Positions 35,264-48,961 of a stretch of 64,000 bases of DNA are shown in pieces. Position 1 is the stretch's first letter. Each line of letters begins with the position of its first letter. Below the pieces are notes generated by a model. The model did no database searches. It saw only the letters and a program-made list of their open reading frames with translations, and had not been told where the DNA came from. This stretch comes from Squalus acanthias (Eukaryota). The stretch lies in assembly GCA_030390025.1 (NCBI GenBank), contig CM059431.1:135286001-135350000 (forward strand), in the 5' to 3' direction. A program made the translations under genes and the position numbers.

Positions 35264-37747
35264 ATCCTCCCTTAATCTCTCTCTTCATGTAAACTCCCCA
35301 ACCCATATTCATGGCCACCCTCTCGACCTTGCCATCTCTCTTGGCCTCGCTACTCCCATCGTGTCAATTGCAGATAAGGCCATCTCTGACCATTTCCTCA
35401 TATCGCTCTCCACCCACATTCCCCTTCCACCCCCCCCTCCCCAACCCTACTTCCTTCTGTGTCCGTCCCTGGAAAAAACTCTCTCCCAACTCTCTTACAA
35501 CTGCACTTATGAAATTCCAACTGTCCAGCCTTTGGCCCTCCATTCACCATGACATTTCTGCAGCTACTGATCTGCTCAACCACACCCTCACCTCCACCTT
35601 TGATGCCCTAGTCCCTACTAAAACAATTACCCTCTCTCACCCTGGCCGCTCCCCCTGGTATGGCTCTCATCTTTGCTCCCTTAAGTCTAAGGGACGCAGA
35701 CTCGAACGGATATGGCAGACAACTGGTTTAGCCATTCACCGCCAGATCTGGCTGGACCACATAAAGCATTATCGGGCCCTGCTCTCATCTGCCAAAATTG
35801 CTCACTATTCCAGAATCATTCTGGAGTGCAAAGATAAACCCCGGCTAATATTCTCTACTGCTAACCGTCTTCTTAAACCCCTCTCCCCTGTCTCCTGCAC
35901 CCTCACCGCCGATAACAAGTGTGAGAAACTCATGGACTTCTTTGTCTCTAAACTTGAGACCATCCGTTCAGCTGTATTTGCCACTTCCCTTCCTTCCCCT
36001 AGCCCATCGGGCCAAACTTCCTCTAAGGTTCCCCCCTGCCCTAGCCTGGAACTCACATCTTTCTCCAGTTTCTCTCTGAACTCCCCTCATGACCTCTCTG
36101 TGCTCATCTTGTCCATGAGACCCACCTCCTGCTCCCTCGACCCTATTCCCACCAAACTGCTGACCAACTAACTTCCTTTTCTGGCTCCCATGTTAGCTGA
36201 TATTGTTAACGGTTCTCTCTCCTCAGGTACTGTCCCCTCTCCCTCAAATCTGCTGTCATCACCCCTCTCAAAAAAACAACCCTTGATCCCTCCGTCCTTG
36301 CAAACTACCGCCCCATCTCCAACCTCCCTTTCCTCTCCAAAGTCCTTGAAAGTGTTGTCGCCTCCCAAATCAGTGCCCATTTTTCACGCAATTCCATGAT
36401 TGAATCTCTCCAATCAGGTTTCTGCCCTTGCCACAGTACCGAAACGGCTCTCATCAAAGTCACAAATGACATCTTTTGTGACTGTGACAAAGGTAAACTA
36501 TCCCTCCTCGTCCTTCGTGACTTGTCTGCACCCTTTGACACGGTTGACCACTCCCTCCTTCTCCAATGCCTCTCCACCGTCGTCCAGTTGGGTGGGACTG
36601 CACTCGCCTGGTTCCATTCTTATCTATCTAATCATAACCAGAGAATCACCTGCAACGGCTTATCTTCCCGCTCCCGCATTGTTACCTCTGGTGTCCCCCA
36701 AGGATCTATCCTTGGCCCCCCCCCATTTCTCATCTACATGTTGCCCCTTGGTGACATCATCCGAAAACACAGCATCAGTTTCCACATGTACGCTGACGAC
36801 ACTCAGCTTTACCTCACTACCTCTTCCCTTGACCCCTCCACGGTGTCGAAATTGTCAGACTGCTTGTCCGACATACAGTTCTGGAGGAGCATAAATTTTC
36901 TCCAGTTAAATATTGGGAAGACCGAAGCCATTGTTTTCAGTCCCTGCCACAAACTCCGTTCCCTAGCCATTGACTCCATTCCTCGCCTTAACATCTGTCT
37001 GAGGCTGAACCACACTGTTTGCAACCTTGGTGTCATATTTGACCCTGAAATGAGCTTCTGACCACATATCCGCAGCATAACAAAGACCGCCTATTTCCAA
37101 CTCCGTAACATCGCCCGTGTCCGCCCTTGCTTCACCTCATCTGCTGCTGAAACCCTCATCCATGCCTTTGTTACCTCTAGACTTGTCTATTCCAACGCAC
37201 GCCTGGCTGGCCTGCCACATTCCACCCTACGTAAACTTGAGGTCATCCAAAACTCGGCTGCCCGTGTCCTAACTCGCATCAAGTTCCGTTCGCCCATCAG
37301 CCCTGTGCTCGCTGACCTATGTTGGCTCCCGGTTAAGCAGCGCCTCATTTACAAAATTCCTTGTTTTCTAATTCCTCTGTGGCCTCGCCACTTCCTATCA
37401 CTGTAATCTCCTTCAGCCCCACAACCCCCCGAGATATCTGCGCTCCTCTAATTCTACCCTCTTGAGCATCCCTGATTATAATCGCTCAACCTTTGGTGGC
37501 CGGGCCTTCTGTTGTCTAGGCCCTAAGCTCTGGAATTCCCTGCCTAAACCTCTCTGCCTCGCTACCTCTTTTTCCTCCTTTAAGGCGCTCCTTAAAACCT
37601 ACCTCTTTGACCAAGCTTTTGGTCACCTGCCCTAATTTATCCTTATGCGGCTCGGTGTCAAATTTTTTATCTTAAAATACTCCTGTGTTGCACCTTGGGA
37701 CATTTTACTATGTTAAAGACGCTATATAAATACAAGTTGTTGTTGTT
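35264..37747 (+). mobile_element. L2 LINE, 5'-truncated, frameshifted
   Basis: HGHPLDL/ISDH endonuclease end; QSGF...HSTETAL, GVPQGSILGP, YADD; (ttg)n tail; TSD gatct. Confidence 0.92.
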
Positions 37748-37850
37748 GATCTGTACTGGGGCCTCAGCTTTTCACTATATTTATAAATGACTTAGAGAGA
37801 CATATATCCACGTTTGTTGAAACACCAAGTTAGGTGGCACAGTTAATAAT

Positions 37851-39029
37851 GGGCTGTATTTTGCGACCCCTACGGGTGCCTACGAGGTGTGCATACGCCC
37901 GTAGGGACCGTGCAAGTTCCGGGTTTAGGCATGCGAAGCGCATGTGCTAAAATCCGGAACTTGCGATCTGTCAATCCTCTTGACAGATCCTCCGCATCCC
38001 CGGGAGAAGGGCCTCTGCGTGTGGAGAGTTGCGCTATTTAGTTAGAAAATGTTAGAGCCCCCTGCGCCCGAAAGTCAATGATAACACTCCAAGCAGGAGG
38101 CGGGGCGCTACTGGAAGCGCACCCCCTCCCTCTTGAGCCGCTGTGAGTGAATATCGCGGGGCTACGTGCAGCAGCGCCACACGCGTCGGTACGTAGCACC
38201 GCGGTACTTCAGGCCTCCCTCCCCTGATTAAAGGGGAGGGGCCTAGCGCAGTGGCACTAGGGCCCTGCTGGCCGACCAGGGAATGGGGTGCTGGCAAAAG
38301 AGCAGTGCCGGGCTGACGGATCGCGGCTGGCACCCCACAGCAGGTGGCCAGAGGGGGCAGGTGCTGGCAGGCGGCCCAAAATAAATGGTCGCCCGGCACC
38401 TGCCCTTTAATTATCGCTGCCCCGGCCGCAAAAACACCACCCTGACCCCGTCAGACATAGCATCTGGCTGGAGGTCAGGGGCGCGAGCCAAGTTTGCGGC
38501 CGGGACGCGAGCGGGCCGCTACGCATGCCGATGACGTCGTCGCCGGAGGCGCTAACGGCTACCACCGCCGCTAACCTCCCACTGAATTTTGCAGGAGGTG
38601 TTAGCGGCACCACGCGCGGGTGCTAGTTAGTGCAAAGCAACCGAATTTTTTCCCCCATAATTTTTTTCAAAAATTAAATTTTCGTTTAAAATATTTAATT
38701 AAATGGCATTGTAATTAATTTTAAAATGTAATGTTTTTTTAATTTAATTTGTTCGTGTATTTTTTAAGTGATCCCCATTCATACTTATGGGAGTTCTGTA
38801 CGTACGCAACTCCCATAAGTATGATTGGGGATTCCCTTCTTTTATTGGTTGGGCCGGCCCACGTGATCCCAGGGGCGCTCGCGAACCACATGAGCCCCTG
38901 GGATACGTGGGCCTCTGCCTGTGCGGACCCGGAGAGGCCCAGGATCGCAAGCCTCCGTACCTCCCAGGCCACCAGGTAAATGTGTAGATTTTTTACAGGT
39001 CGGAGGCATCCGATCGCAAATTTTGGGCC
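37851..39029 (+). mobile_element. Family-A-related Harbinger MITE with a nested family-B MITE
   Basis: TIR gggctgtattttgcga / tcgcaaattttgggcc; TSD aat. Confidence 0.85.
38041..38656. mobile_element. Family-B MITE, nested, left end damaged
   Basis: Colinear with 25120-25748; right end aattttttccccc. Confidence 0.75.
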
Positions 39030-39545
39030 AATGTATCTATGAGCAGAAATTTGATAGATTAAGTGAGTGGGAAAAACTCTGCAGATGGAGTTCAACATGG
39101 GGAAGTGCGACATCATCCACTTTGGACCTAAGAAAGATAGATCAGTGTATTTTCTAAATTGTGAGAAGTTAGGAACTGTGGAGGAGCAGCGAGATTTAAG
39201 GGTCCATGTATAAAAGTCACTGAAAACTAGTAGACAGGTACAAAAAATATTTTAAACGTGTTATGGAATGTTAGTCTTTATCTCAAGGGGGCTGGAATAC
39301 AAAGGGGTGGAAGTTATGTTACAGTTATATAAAGCTCTGGTTAAACCCCATTTAGAGCACTGTGTTCAGTTCTGGGCACCACACCTCAGGAAGAATATAT
39401 TGGAAATCTGGAACTCTCACCCCCAAAAAAGCCGTTGAGGCTAAGTCAATTGAAAATGTAAGAATTGAGATTGATAGATTTATGTTAGGCAAGGGTATTA
39501 AGGGATATGGAACCAAGGCGGGTAAATGAAGTTGAGATACAGAGA

Positions 39546-42288
39546 GACTTTCCCGGGCGAAGTGCGAGTATCTCGTGAACATGTTGAAGACGCATACCAT
39601 CGACGTCCTCACGCTCCAGGAAACCCATGTCTCCAATGATTAACAGGCCAGCCGCTGCTGTATCCATGGATACAACTTCACAATTAGTCACTACCACCCA
39701 AAATATGGCCTGGCCACATATGTGAAGAACACCATCACGGATTTCGACATCTTCCCCCCCCCAACTGAAGAAGAAGCCACCTACACCATTGCCATAAAGA
39801 TAGGGGAGCTGCACATTACCAACATGTACAAAGCCCCATAATTCAAAATGGCCCAAGTACACCAATACCAGCCATAGACGTTGGTGACTTTAACAGCCAC
39901 CACACTATGTGGGCTATGAAGCAAATGAAGCCGATGGTGAAGACTGGACTGGATGTCCATGGAAGATCTGCAACTGGTCTTCGATCCCAAACAGCAGGCA
40001 ACTTTCCACTCCACTTGCTGGCAACGCAACTACAACCCAGACCTTACCATCGTTTCCAAAGATCAAAGCGGAAACACGCTCCATGCATCCTGCAAAATAT
40101 TCCCCAATAGCCAACATAGGCCCATCATCACCCACGTCGGCATCAAAATCCCGATGATTCTGTCGAAACAAATCCCATAGTGGCCAAAGCCGACTGCGAC
40201 TGTTATAGTGAAGCCGTCAAAAAAGTGGTGATACGAATCCTCGTAACACTGGAATGTTATCATCGGTTTGTTGGCCTCCTTACCACCGCCAAGAAGCGTA
40301 TCCCCCAGGGCATCTGGGAAGAATACACTCCCTGCTGGACAAACGAGACCCAGGACTTGCTCTGGCAGTACAACCAGTCGGGCAGCTCACAGGTTGTGAA
40401 GGCTCTGCTCGAGTCTCTAGACTCAGTCAGACATCAGCGGTGGATTGAGTGTGTTGAAGGTCTGGACTTTATACACTCTAGTCACCGTGCCTGGGCCCTA
40501 CTACGATGTCTTGGAGCCATTAATCCAATAGAATATCAGAGCTCAAAAATCCGGCCCAACTCCATATCATCCAAATTGGTGGAGAGCACAAAAGGATAGC
40601 TCGACAAAAACATCAAGCAAGAGATCCATCATCAATCCATCCACAAGACCCCACCGCCATCAGCACACATGAAGTGAAGGAAGGTTTAGTTGCAATGAAG
40701 AAAGGGAATGCGGCTGGCGGGGATGGTATCCCCTGGAATTTCTTCATCAACTAGGCCCCGGGGGACTTCAATGGCTTGGGGAAACTGTACACCAAAACCA
40801 ATGGAATCCGGATGCATCCCAAAAGCATGGCGGGAGGCGATAGCCATTGCCATAGTCAAACAGGGCAAACCGACCAATGACCCGGGAAGCTATAGGTTGA
40901 TATCACTCCTGTGCACGACCTACAAACTCCTGGAACGTTTCATCCTCCGGGGAATCAGCCCTCTCGCTGAATCAGTGATCCCTGAAGAACAAGCAGGATT
41001 CTGGCCTAAACGCAGTTGCTGCAACCAAGTTTTGGACCTTGCAACGCACATCGAGGCCGGATTCCAGAAGAAATCTAAGACTGGCCCAACCTTTGGAGAC
41101 CTGACATCGGCCGATGACACAGTCTTGATTAAAGACCTGGTGCTGAAGATCGTAATGATGATCCCTGCCTCAAAATACTATGCCTGCCATGGATGATGCT
41201 GAGCAATAGGCGGCAACTGTGTCCATTTGGGCGACAAAGTCAGCTCACCCCGGTTCCTCAACAACAGACTGCCACAAGGCTCAGTACTCGCGCCGATGCT
41301 CTTCAATGTCTACACGAGCAACATGCCACCAACGAAGTCCCACAGATTTGCATATGTGGATGACCTTGCCCTGGCAACGCAAGCAGCGATCTTCAATGAC
41401 ATCGAGTCCACCGTGAACGGGGACCTAAACACCATGGAGGAATATTTCCAGAAATGGAAGCTCAAGCCAAACCCCCACAGAACAACAGTCACTGCTTTCC
41501 TTCTTGATAACAGGAACGCTAAGCGCACACTGAAAGTGACCTTCTGCACCGACATGACCCCATTCCGACCTATCTCGGGTTGAAGCTGGACCGCACACTA
41601 ACCTTCCATGATCACCTGAAGAATGTAGCTGCTGAGATGAAGATGAGGGTCAACCTGGTCCAGTAACCGGCAAGCACAAGCTGGGGAGCATCAGCATCAG
41701 TGCCACAGACATCAACGGACCAGAAGTAGCCACACTTGACTTGTTGAATTCCAAGTGAACACTTCAAATCGGTGCATCACTGGAACCCTCAAGTCGACTC
41801 CAACACACTGCCTGCCCGTGCTCTGGCACACCGCTCCCCTATCCATTTGCCACAATGCTGCAATCATCCGAGAAGTCCACAGAATCTTGGAAAACAACTG
41901 TCTCCCCATCCACCAGGATCTCAACAACGTTCCTTGCCACCATTTAAAGTCACGCAAACCCTTTTGGGCCCACGCGCCTAACCTTCAACATTACGATGTC
42001 AACCCTGCTGATGCTTGGAGTTCACAAGAAGTCACAAACAAACACCTCGTGAAAGACCCAATGTGGAAGATCCCTGGCTTCAACCTTCCGCAAAGCTTAT
42101 AGCCAACCCTAAACCACATCCGAACAAACCATGGCAGATGCGGATACTTGATGCACAAATGAAGAATTAAAAACTCTCCAGTGTGCGACTGTGGTCACCC
42201 AAAACAGACCATGGAACATATCTCAGTGTCCGATTCACAAATACGAAGGAGGCATCACAGCAATACACTCCACTACTCCTGATGCCTG
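39546..42288 (+). mobile_element. Vingi/Ingi-like LINE, nearly full ORF, decayed
   Basis: LTLQETH, GDFNSHH, NPDLT, SQHRP; SYRLISLLC, EQAGF, LPQGSVLAP, YVDD; C-terminal CDCG...TMEHI. Confidence 0.8.
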
Positions 42289-42394
42289 ACTCCTACTCAA
42301 TCTCTCTTCACACGACAACCTTATCATCCCAGGAATCAATCTGGTGAACCTTCGTTGCACCGCATCTCCTTCCTCAGATAAGGAGACCAAAACT

Positions 42395-42803
42395 TTTTTT
42401 TAATTTGTTTGTGGGATGTGGGCGTCGCTGGCAAGGCCAGCATTTATTGCCTATCTCCTAATTGCCCTTGAGAAGGTGGTGGTGAGTCGCCTTCTTGAAC
42501 CGCTGCAGTCCGATGGAAATGCCGCTGAATGTCATGGGGGGATGGATAGACTCTCGCTTGTTGGAGATAGTCATTGCCTGGCACTTCTATGGTGCGAATG
42601 TTACCTGCCACTTACGAGCCCATGCCTGAACGTTGTCCAGGTCTTGTTGCATGCGGGCATGGATAGCTTCATTATCTGAGGAGTTGTGAATGGTGCTGAA
42701 CACTGCGCAATCATCAGCGAACATCCCCATTTCTGACCTTATGTTGGAGGGAAGGTCATTGGTGAAGCAGCTGAAGATGGTTGAGCCTAGGACACTGCCC
42801 TGA
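42395..42803 (-). mobile_element. Internally deleted 3' fragment of the LINE family at 27586-30819
   Basis: Reverse complement matches about 29840-30100 and 30705-30815. Confidence 0.85.
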
Positions 42804-44558
42804 GGTACACAGTACTCCAGGTGTGGTCTCACCAAAGCCCTGTACAATTTGAGCAAGATTTCCTTACTCTTGTACTCCAACCCTCTCATTCTTCTAAACT
42901 CCAGACAGTATAGGCCCAATCTACTCAATCTCTCCTCATAGGACAACCCTCTCATCCCAGGGATCAATCTAGTGAATCTTGTAGCACCACCGCTAAGGCA
43001 AGTATGTCCTTCCTCAGATAAGAAGACCAAAACTGTGCACATTACTCCAGGTGTGGTCTCACCAGAGCCCTGTACAATTGTACCAAGACTTCCTTACTCT
43101 TGTACTCCAACCCACTTGCAATAAAGGTCAACATGTCATTTGCCTTCCTTATTGCTAACTTTCTGTGTTTCCTGTACGAGGACACCTAAATCTCTCTGAA
43201 CCCCAACATTTAATAGTTTCTCATCATTTAAAAAAGATTCTGTTTTTCTATTCTTCCTACCAAAGTGAATAACCTCCACGGTATACTCCATCTGCCACCT
43301 TACTGCACCTAATCTGTCTATATCCCTTTGCAGGCTCTTTGTGTCCGCTTCACAGCTTACTTTCCCACCTAGCTTTTTATCGTCAACAAACGTGGATACA
43401 TTACACTCGGTCCCTTCACCTAAGTCATTAGTATAAATTGTAAATAGCTGAGGCCCAAGCACTGATCCTTGCAGCACTCCACTAGTTACAGTCTGCCAAC
43501 TTGAAAATGACCTATTTATCCCTACTCTCTGTTTTCTGTCCATTAACTAATCCTCTATCCATGCTAATATATTACCCCCAATCACACGAGCCCTTATCTT
43601 GCTTAACAACCTTTTATGTGGCACCTTATTGAATGCCTTATAAAAATCCAAATACAATACATCCACTGGTTCCCCTTTATCTACCCTGCTAGTTACATCC
43701 TCAAAAAACTCTAATAAATTTGTTAAGCACGATATCCCTTTCATAAAACCATGTTGACCCAGCCTAATCATATTATGATTTTCTAAATGCCCTGTTACCA
43801 CTTCCTTAATAATGGATTCCAGCAGTTCCCCAGCAACTGATATCAGGCTAACTGACCTTTACTTTTCTCTGTCCCTCCATTCTTGAATAATTGAAACATT
43901 TGCTACCTTCAAATCTGCTGGGACCGTTCTAGAATCTAGGGAATTTTGGAAGATCACAACCAAAGCAACCACTATCTCTGCTGCCACCTCTTTTAGAACC
44001 CGAGGATGTAGGCCATCAGCTCCAGGGGATTTGTCGGATTTTAGTCCCATTAGTTTCTCAAGTACTTTTTCTCTACTGATCTTAATTACTTTAGGTTCCT
44101 CACTCTTATAAGCCCCTTGGTTCCCCACTATTTTTGGCATGCTTTTTGTATCTTCTACTGTGAAGACAGATACAAAATATGTTTAAAGTGTCTGCCATTT
44201 CCTTATTCCCCATTATAATTTCTCCTGTCTCAGCCTCTTAGGGACCAATGCTTACTTTTGCTACTCTCTTCCTTTTTACATACTTGTAGAAGCTCTTACA
44301 ATCTGTTTGTACAATCCTTAGGCTTACTATTATTCTTCGCAACATTATAAGCCTCTTCTTTTAATCTAATACTATCCTTATCGAAGGATCAATTTTCCCA
44401 TGGAGTTGTTATTTCTCAATGGAATGTATATTTGTTTAGAATTTCTTTAACTGTTTGCCACTGCTTATCTACTATCATACCTTTTAATCTAATTTCCCAA
44501 TCTACCTTAGCCAAACCGCCCCTCATACTTATGTAATCAGCTTTTTTAAGTTTAATTA

Positions 44559-45455
44559 GGGGGAAAAATTCAGTTGGTTGCGCCTCCCGTTAGCGCCTTA
44601 AGAGGGCGCTAATGGGGCGCAAAGCATCTAGCGCCCAGGCGCGGCGAAGTTTGCGGCGCTCGTGAAATTAACTAGACATTTTGCGGCGGCGCTAAACACT
44701 ACCGCCACGATCTCCTGCGCCGGCAGATCATGACGTCAGTCGAGTGCGCAATGCCCCGGTATCGTCCCGGAACAGATATTGAGTGGCGCCCCCTGCCTTA
44801 TCGCCTGACGCTAGCAACGACAGGTTGAGGGGAGCGTTTTGCAGTCATGAAGGGACTGGGGGAGCGCTATTTAAAGGTGACCGCTTCCTGCCTTTTATTA
44901 TTGGTGCCATTTTTGAACCACGCATTCTGAGAGAGAGAGAGAGAGAGAGACTTCTGGAGAGATTCAACGCTGTGTGAAGGAGTTTTGGGTACTGAGCAGC
45001 ACTTTGCAGGTTCATTTTGATTTGCCATTCCTTGTATCGATTTAGAAGAGACTGTGGGGGCTGCACTCTGAGCTCTTTCCCTGGTACTCTCCATTGTTCT
45101 TTCCAGCAGATTTGATGTGCAGGTCTCTCCAGGCCGGGATTCAAGGCTGCAATGAGCAGGATGTGGATGGAAAGCAAGATCAACCATCCCCTTTAAGAAC
45201 TGGCCGGTGCCATTGTGTGTGTGTTCCATTGCTGACTGACATCACATGAGCTTCGCCAGCGCTCTGAGGTAGCGCCTCGCTCCTCGGCCTTTGCGCCTTA
45301 AGACAGGTGTGAAGCGCCTGATTTAGCACTCCAATCACCTCCAGGGGTGATAAAAGTCAAGTTTGCAGTCGGTGGCGATAATTAGCGCCAGGCGCTAATC
45401 TTTGCGCCCGGCCGATAATTGCGCCCCAAATGGGGCGATACTGAATTTCTCCCCC
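44559..45455. mobile_element. Harbinger-type MITE, family C
   Basis: TIR gggggaaaaatt / aatttctccccc; flanks tta and taa; inverted homolog at 57915-58794. Confidence 0.88.
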
Positions 45456-46720
45456 TAAGACTCTAGTTTCGGATTGAAGTATTTCACTCTCAAACCCAAT
45501 GTGAAATTCTATCATATTACAATCACTCTTCCCCAGAGGTTCCTTTACTATGCAATTACTAATTAACCCTGTCTCGTTACACAATACAAAATCTAAAATA
45601 GCCAAGTTCCCTGGTTGGTTCCATGACATATTGTTCTAGGAAACTATCTCAAATGTATTCCAAGAACTCGTCCTCTAGCCTACCTTTGTCAATTTGATTT
45701 GCCCAGTCTATATGAAGATTAAAATCCCCCACAATTTTTGCATTACCTTTGTTACAAACTCCTATAATTTGTTGATTAATACACTGTTCAATGGATTAGC
45801 TACTTTTAGGGGGCCTATAAACTACTCACACCAATGTTTTCTGCCCCTTGTTATTTCTTATCTCTGCCCATACTGATTCTACTTCCTGAACTTCCAAGCC
45901 AAGATCATTTCTCACTACTGTCCTTATGTTATCCTTTATCATCAGGCCTGCCACCCCTCTATTTTCATTCTGTCTGTCTTTTCAAAACATCAAGTACCCT
46001 GGAATATTTAGTACTCAAACTTGGTCACCTTGCAACCAAGTATCTATAATGACTATTAGATCAAAGCTTTTTATCTCTAATTCATGCCATTAATTCATCT
46101 ATCTTGTTAGGAATGCTTAAAGTGCCTTTAACTTTAACTTTTTCTTTTTACCATTATTCCCTGCTTTCACTTTATTGCAACCACAGATGGAATTTTCCCG
46201 GTGCTGAGCATGTGGGTTTGGGGGCAGGTTGGCAGTGAAATCTGCAGAAACTGACAGGAACCCGCTGTCATTCTGCCGATTTCCGCATTTAACTTGGGCG
46301 CGTTTGGAGGCGTGCCATGGACCCGCTCGGGAGAGGCGGGCGACCTCATTAAAGTACTGAAATGCTTGTTGCAAGACCCTTAGGAGGGTTTTTAACAGCA
46401 GCTTTTGGCTTTAACTTCAGGAGCACAGGATTCATGCACCTCAGAAACCTCGCCTGTGAAGGGGAGGCGGAAGCTCAGTGGCCATTGTGCGAGTCCATTG
46501 AGAGCTGGGAAAAAACACATAAATGCTCCCACATTATACCTGATTACTTGACTAATGGAAAGGCTCTTGCTGACCCCATTTTGTGCGGTGATTTAGCTGT
46601 CATCAGTTTGCAGGTCATTCCTGCAATCCCGGAAGCCATTCACCACATTGCTAGTCACTATCAGAACATTGAGGGATTGGGCCTTTGATCTTCACTTTAC
46701 CTGCCATCTATTAGAACAGC

Positions 46721-47970
46721 ATGGGTGCTGCTTATACTATCTCACCTTGGGCCTCAGAATCGGACCAAGATGAGCCCCACCACCAACAACACCAGCCACA
46801 CCAGCAGCAGCAGCCACAACACCAGCCTTCTCCTCAACGACCTGCTGCTGCACAGGTGAAAGGGGGTCAGCACAGGGCTGCACCGCACCGGAGGCGATAC
46901 CCCAACACAGGGTATACAGGCAGAGGATGAGCTTCCTGGACATGACTGAGCAGTGCTTCAGGAGGCTCAGGCTATTGCGCCAGTTCATCGCAGACATTTG
47001 TAACTTGCTGGAACAAGACCTGCTGCCCAGAGGACCTGGTGGACATGCCTTACCAGTGGCTGTCAAAGCCAGCAATGCCCTCAATTTCTTCACCTCAGGC
47101 TCCTTCCAGGGATCTGCAGCAGACATTTGCAGGTTCTCGCAGTCGGCTGCCCACAGATGCATCACCCAGGTGACCAATGCCATGTTTCACAACTCAGCCA
47201 ATGATGTCAACTTTGCCACTGATGAAGCCAGTGTTACTGAGTGGGTGCTTGGCTTTGCGGCTCTGGCTGGCTTCCCACAGGTGCAGGGCGTGAGCAACTG
47301 CACACATGTGGCCATCAAGGCACCCCCAGATCACCCAGGAGTGTTCGTGAACTGCAAAAGGCTTCCACTTACTCAATGTGCAGCTCGTCTGCAACCATAA
47401 AAAGATCATCATGCATGTGTGCGCCAGATTCCCCGGCAGCTGTCATGACTCTTTCGTACTGCTGCATCAGCCCACCGTCCCTCAGCTCTCCGCACCTCCA
47501 AACAGACTTACAGGTTTGCTGCTTGGAGACAAGGGCTATCCACTGAAGCAGTGGCTGATGACACCCTTGAGGAGGGCAAGGAGCGTTATAATGAGAGCCT
47601 TATGTCCACCAGATGTGTCATAGAGCAATCAATAGGCCTGCTGAAGATGCACTTTAGATGCCTTGGCAGATCAGGAGGAGCCCTTCAGTACGCACCAGCC
47701 AGGGTCTCGAGAATCTTCATTGTATGCTGCGCACTGCACAACATAGCACAGCAACGAGGATTGGAGCTGCAGGAGGAGCAAGGCGCAGAGCGCACAGCCT
47801 CTTCAGAGGAAGACGAGGAGGAGGAACAAGTGGAAGACGAGGAGGAGGAGCAGCAACAGGTGGAAGATGAGGAGGAGGAGGACGAACCTGAGGTAGAGAT
47901 GGCACCAGCAGTGGTGCACATTGCTGCCAGGGAGGCCCGGGATGGCCTCATAATGGCCAGATTTACTTAA
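46721..47970 (+). pseudogene. Harbinger/HARBI1-like DDE transposase, frameshifted
   Basis: ALNFFTSGSFQ, GFPQVQGVSNCTHV (first catalytic Asp apparently lost), [34 protein letters not shown], acidic tail. Confidence 0.9.
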
Positions 47971-48272
47971 CTAGCTCCAATGCACCCATATGGCTGCCAC
48001 ATGGTGTACTAAGTCCCCCCCCCCACACCCCTGCCATCCCCAACAACACCTTAAAGCATCCCTACAATGACCAAGTCATTCCTGTCACCCAAAACCCCCA
48101 TTGCTTGAGGTTAATTAATGTCTCATCATTCACTCCAAGTGACAAAGCCACTTCCCAGGCAGCAGGCAAAAATGGAAAGTGATGCAAAGAAATACATTTA
48201 TCTGTGTCATAAAAATATCTGAAACTGATCACTAACATTTGTTCATACACCCATGTGCATACCCTTGTGCAT

Positions 48273-48640
48273 CTAGGGTTGTGTCTTTTTTCTTTTCCGA
48301 GTGCTTCTACGAGGTGTAACCCCTGTGGCTTCAGCAAAGGTAGAGGCAGGCTGCTCACTCCCCTGCTGTGACTGCTTAGACACTTTTGGCAGACGTCCTC
48401 TGGGTTTTGGAGCCTGTGATGGCCCCGCCAAAGACTGCTCCTCCTCTTGCAACTGTGCAGGGGCAGACTCGGCCATCGGGATACAAGGAAGCATGTGGGG
48501 CTCTGACTGAGAGGGAGGCAATGGGGGAGATGTGGGAGCACTTTGAGAGGAGCCCCCACTTCCATGTCCCCTCTCACCATCATCCGTTTCATGGGCCGCC
48601 TGCACTTCCCTGCTAGCAAGGGGTTGGAGAGCACCTTGCT
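48273..48640 (-). pseudogene. Probable C-terminal remnant of the Harbinger accessory (Myb/SANT-like) protein
   Basis: Convergent to the transposase; low-complexity P/S/Q-rich frame ending PRRSTRKRKK. The Myb domain itself is not visible. Confidence 0.55.
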
Positions 48641-48961
48641 GCACAGCAGTGGGACGATGAATGCCCAAGTCCACGTTTATATACCTCCTAGAGATGAGGT
48701 CTATGAGCGTCTGCCATCTGTTGTCCACAGCAAACTCGTGTGATTGGCGCATTTGCTGATCCTTGCAGGTGGCACCACCCTCCCTGCTTTCAAAAGTCTT
48801 TATAAAAACCCTTTCCTTCAAGCGTATTTTTGGTCCCCCCAAACATTGCTGTTTTCCGGTTCTCACTCCTGCTTCAAATCCACTTCTTTCCGTTGCCATG
48901 TAAAGTACTCTGAGATGTTTCTCACACAAGAGGAGCGCTATAGAAACACAAGTTGCAGTTG

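Larger units (their letters stand above)
35012..39545 (+). mobile_element. Old CR1 RT fragment hosting an L2 and nested MITEs
   Basis: CR1 RT sequence at 35012-35263, 37748-37850 and 39030-39545 joins across the insertions. Confidence 0.8.
42290..46170 (-). mobile_element. Decayed CR1 ORF2 with local duplication and insertions
   Basis: Track ORFs 43136-43543, 43547-43801, 43859-44140, 45357-45629 carry CR1 RT or endonuclease motifs. Confidence 0.88.
46183..48740 (+). mobile_element. PIF/Harbinger DNA transposon, autonomous-type remnant, right end missing
   Basis: Degenerate left end gatggaattttccc, transposase on plus, convergent second ORF remnant on minus. Confidence 0.85.
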
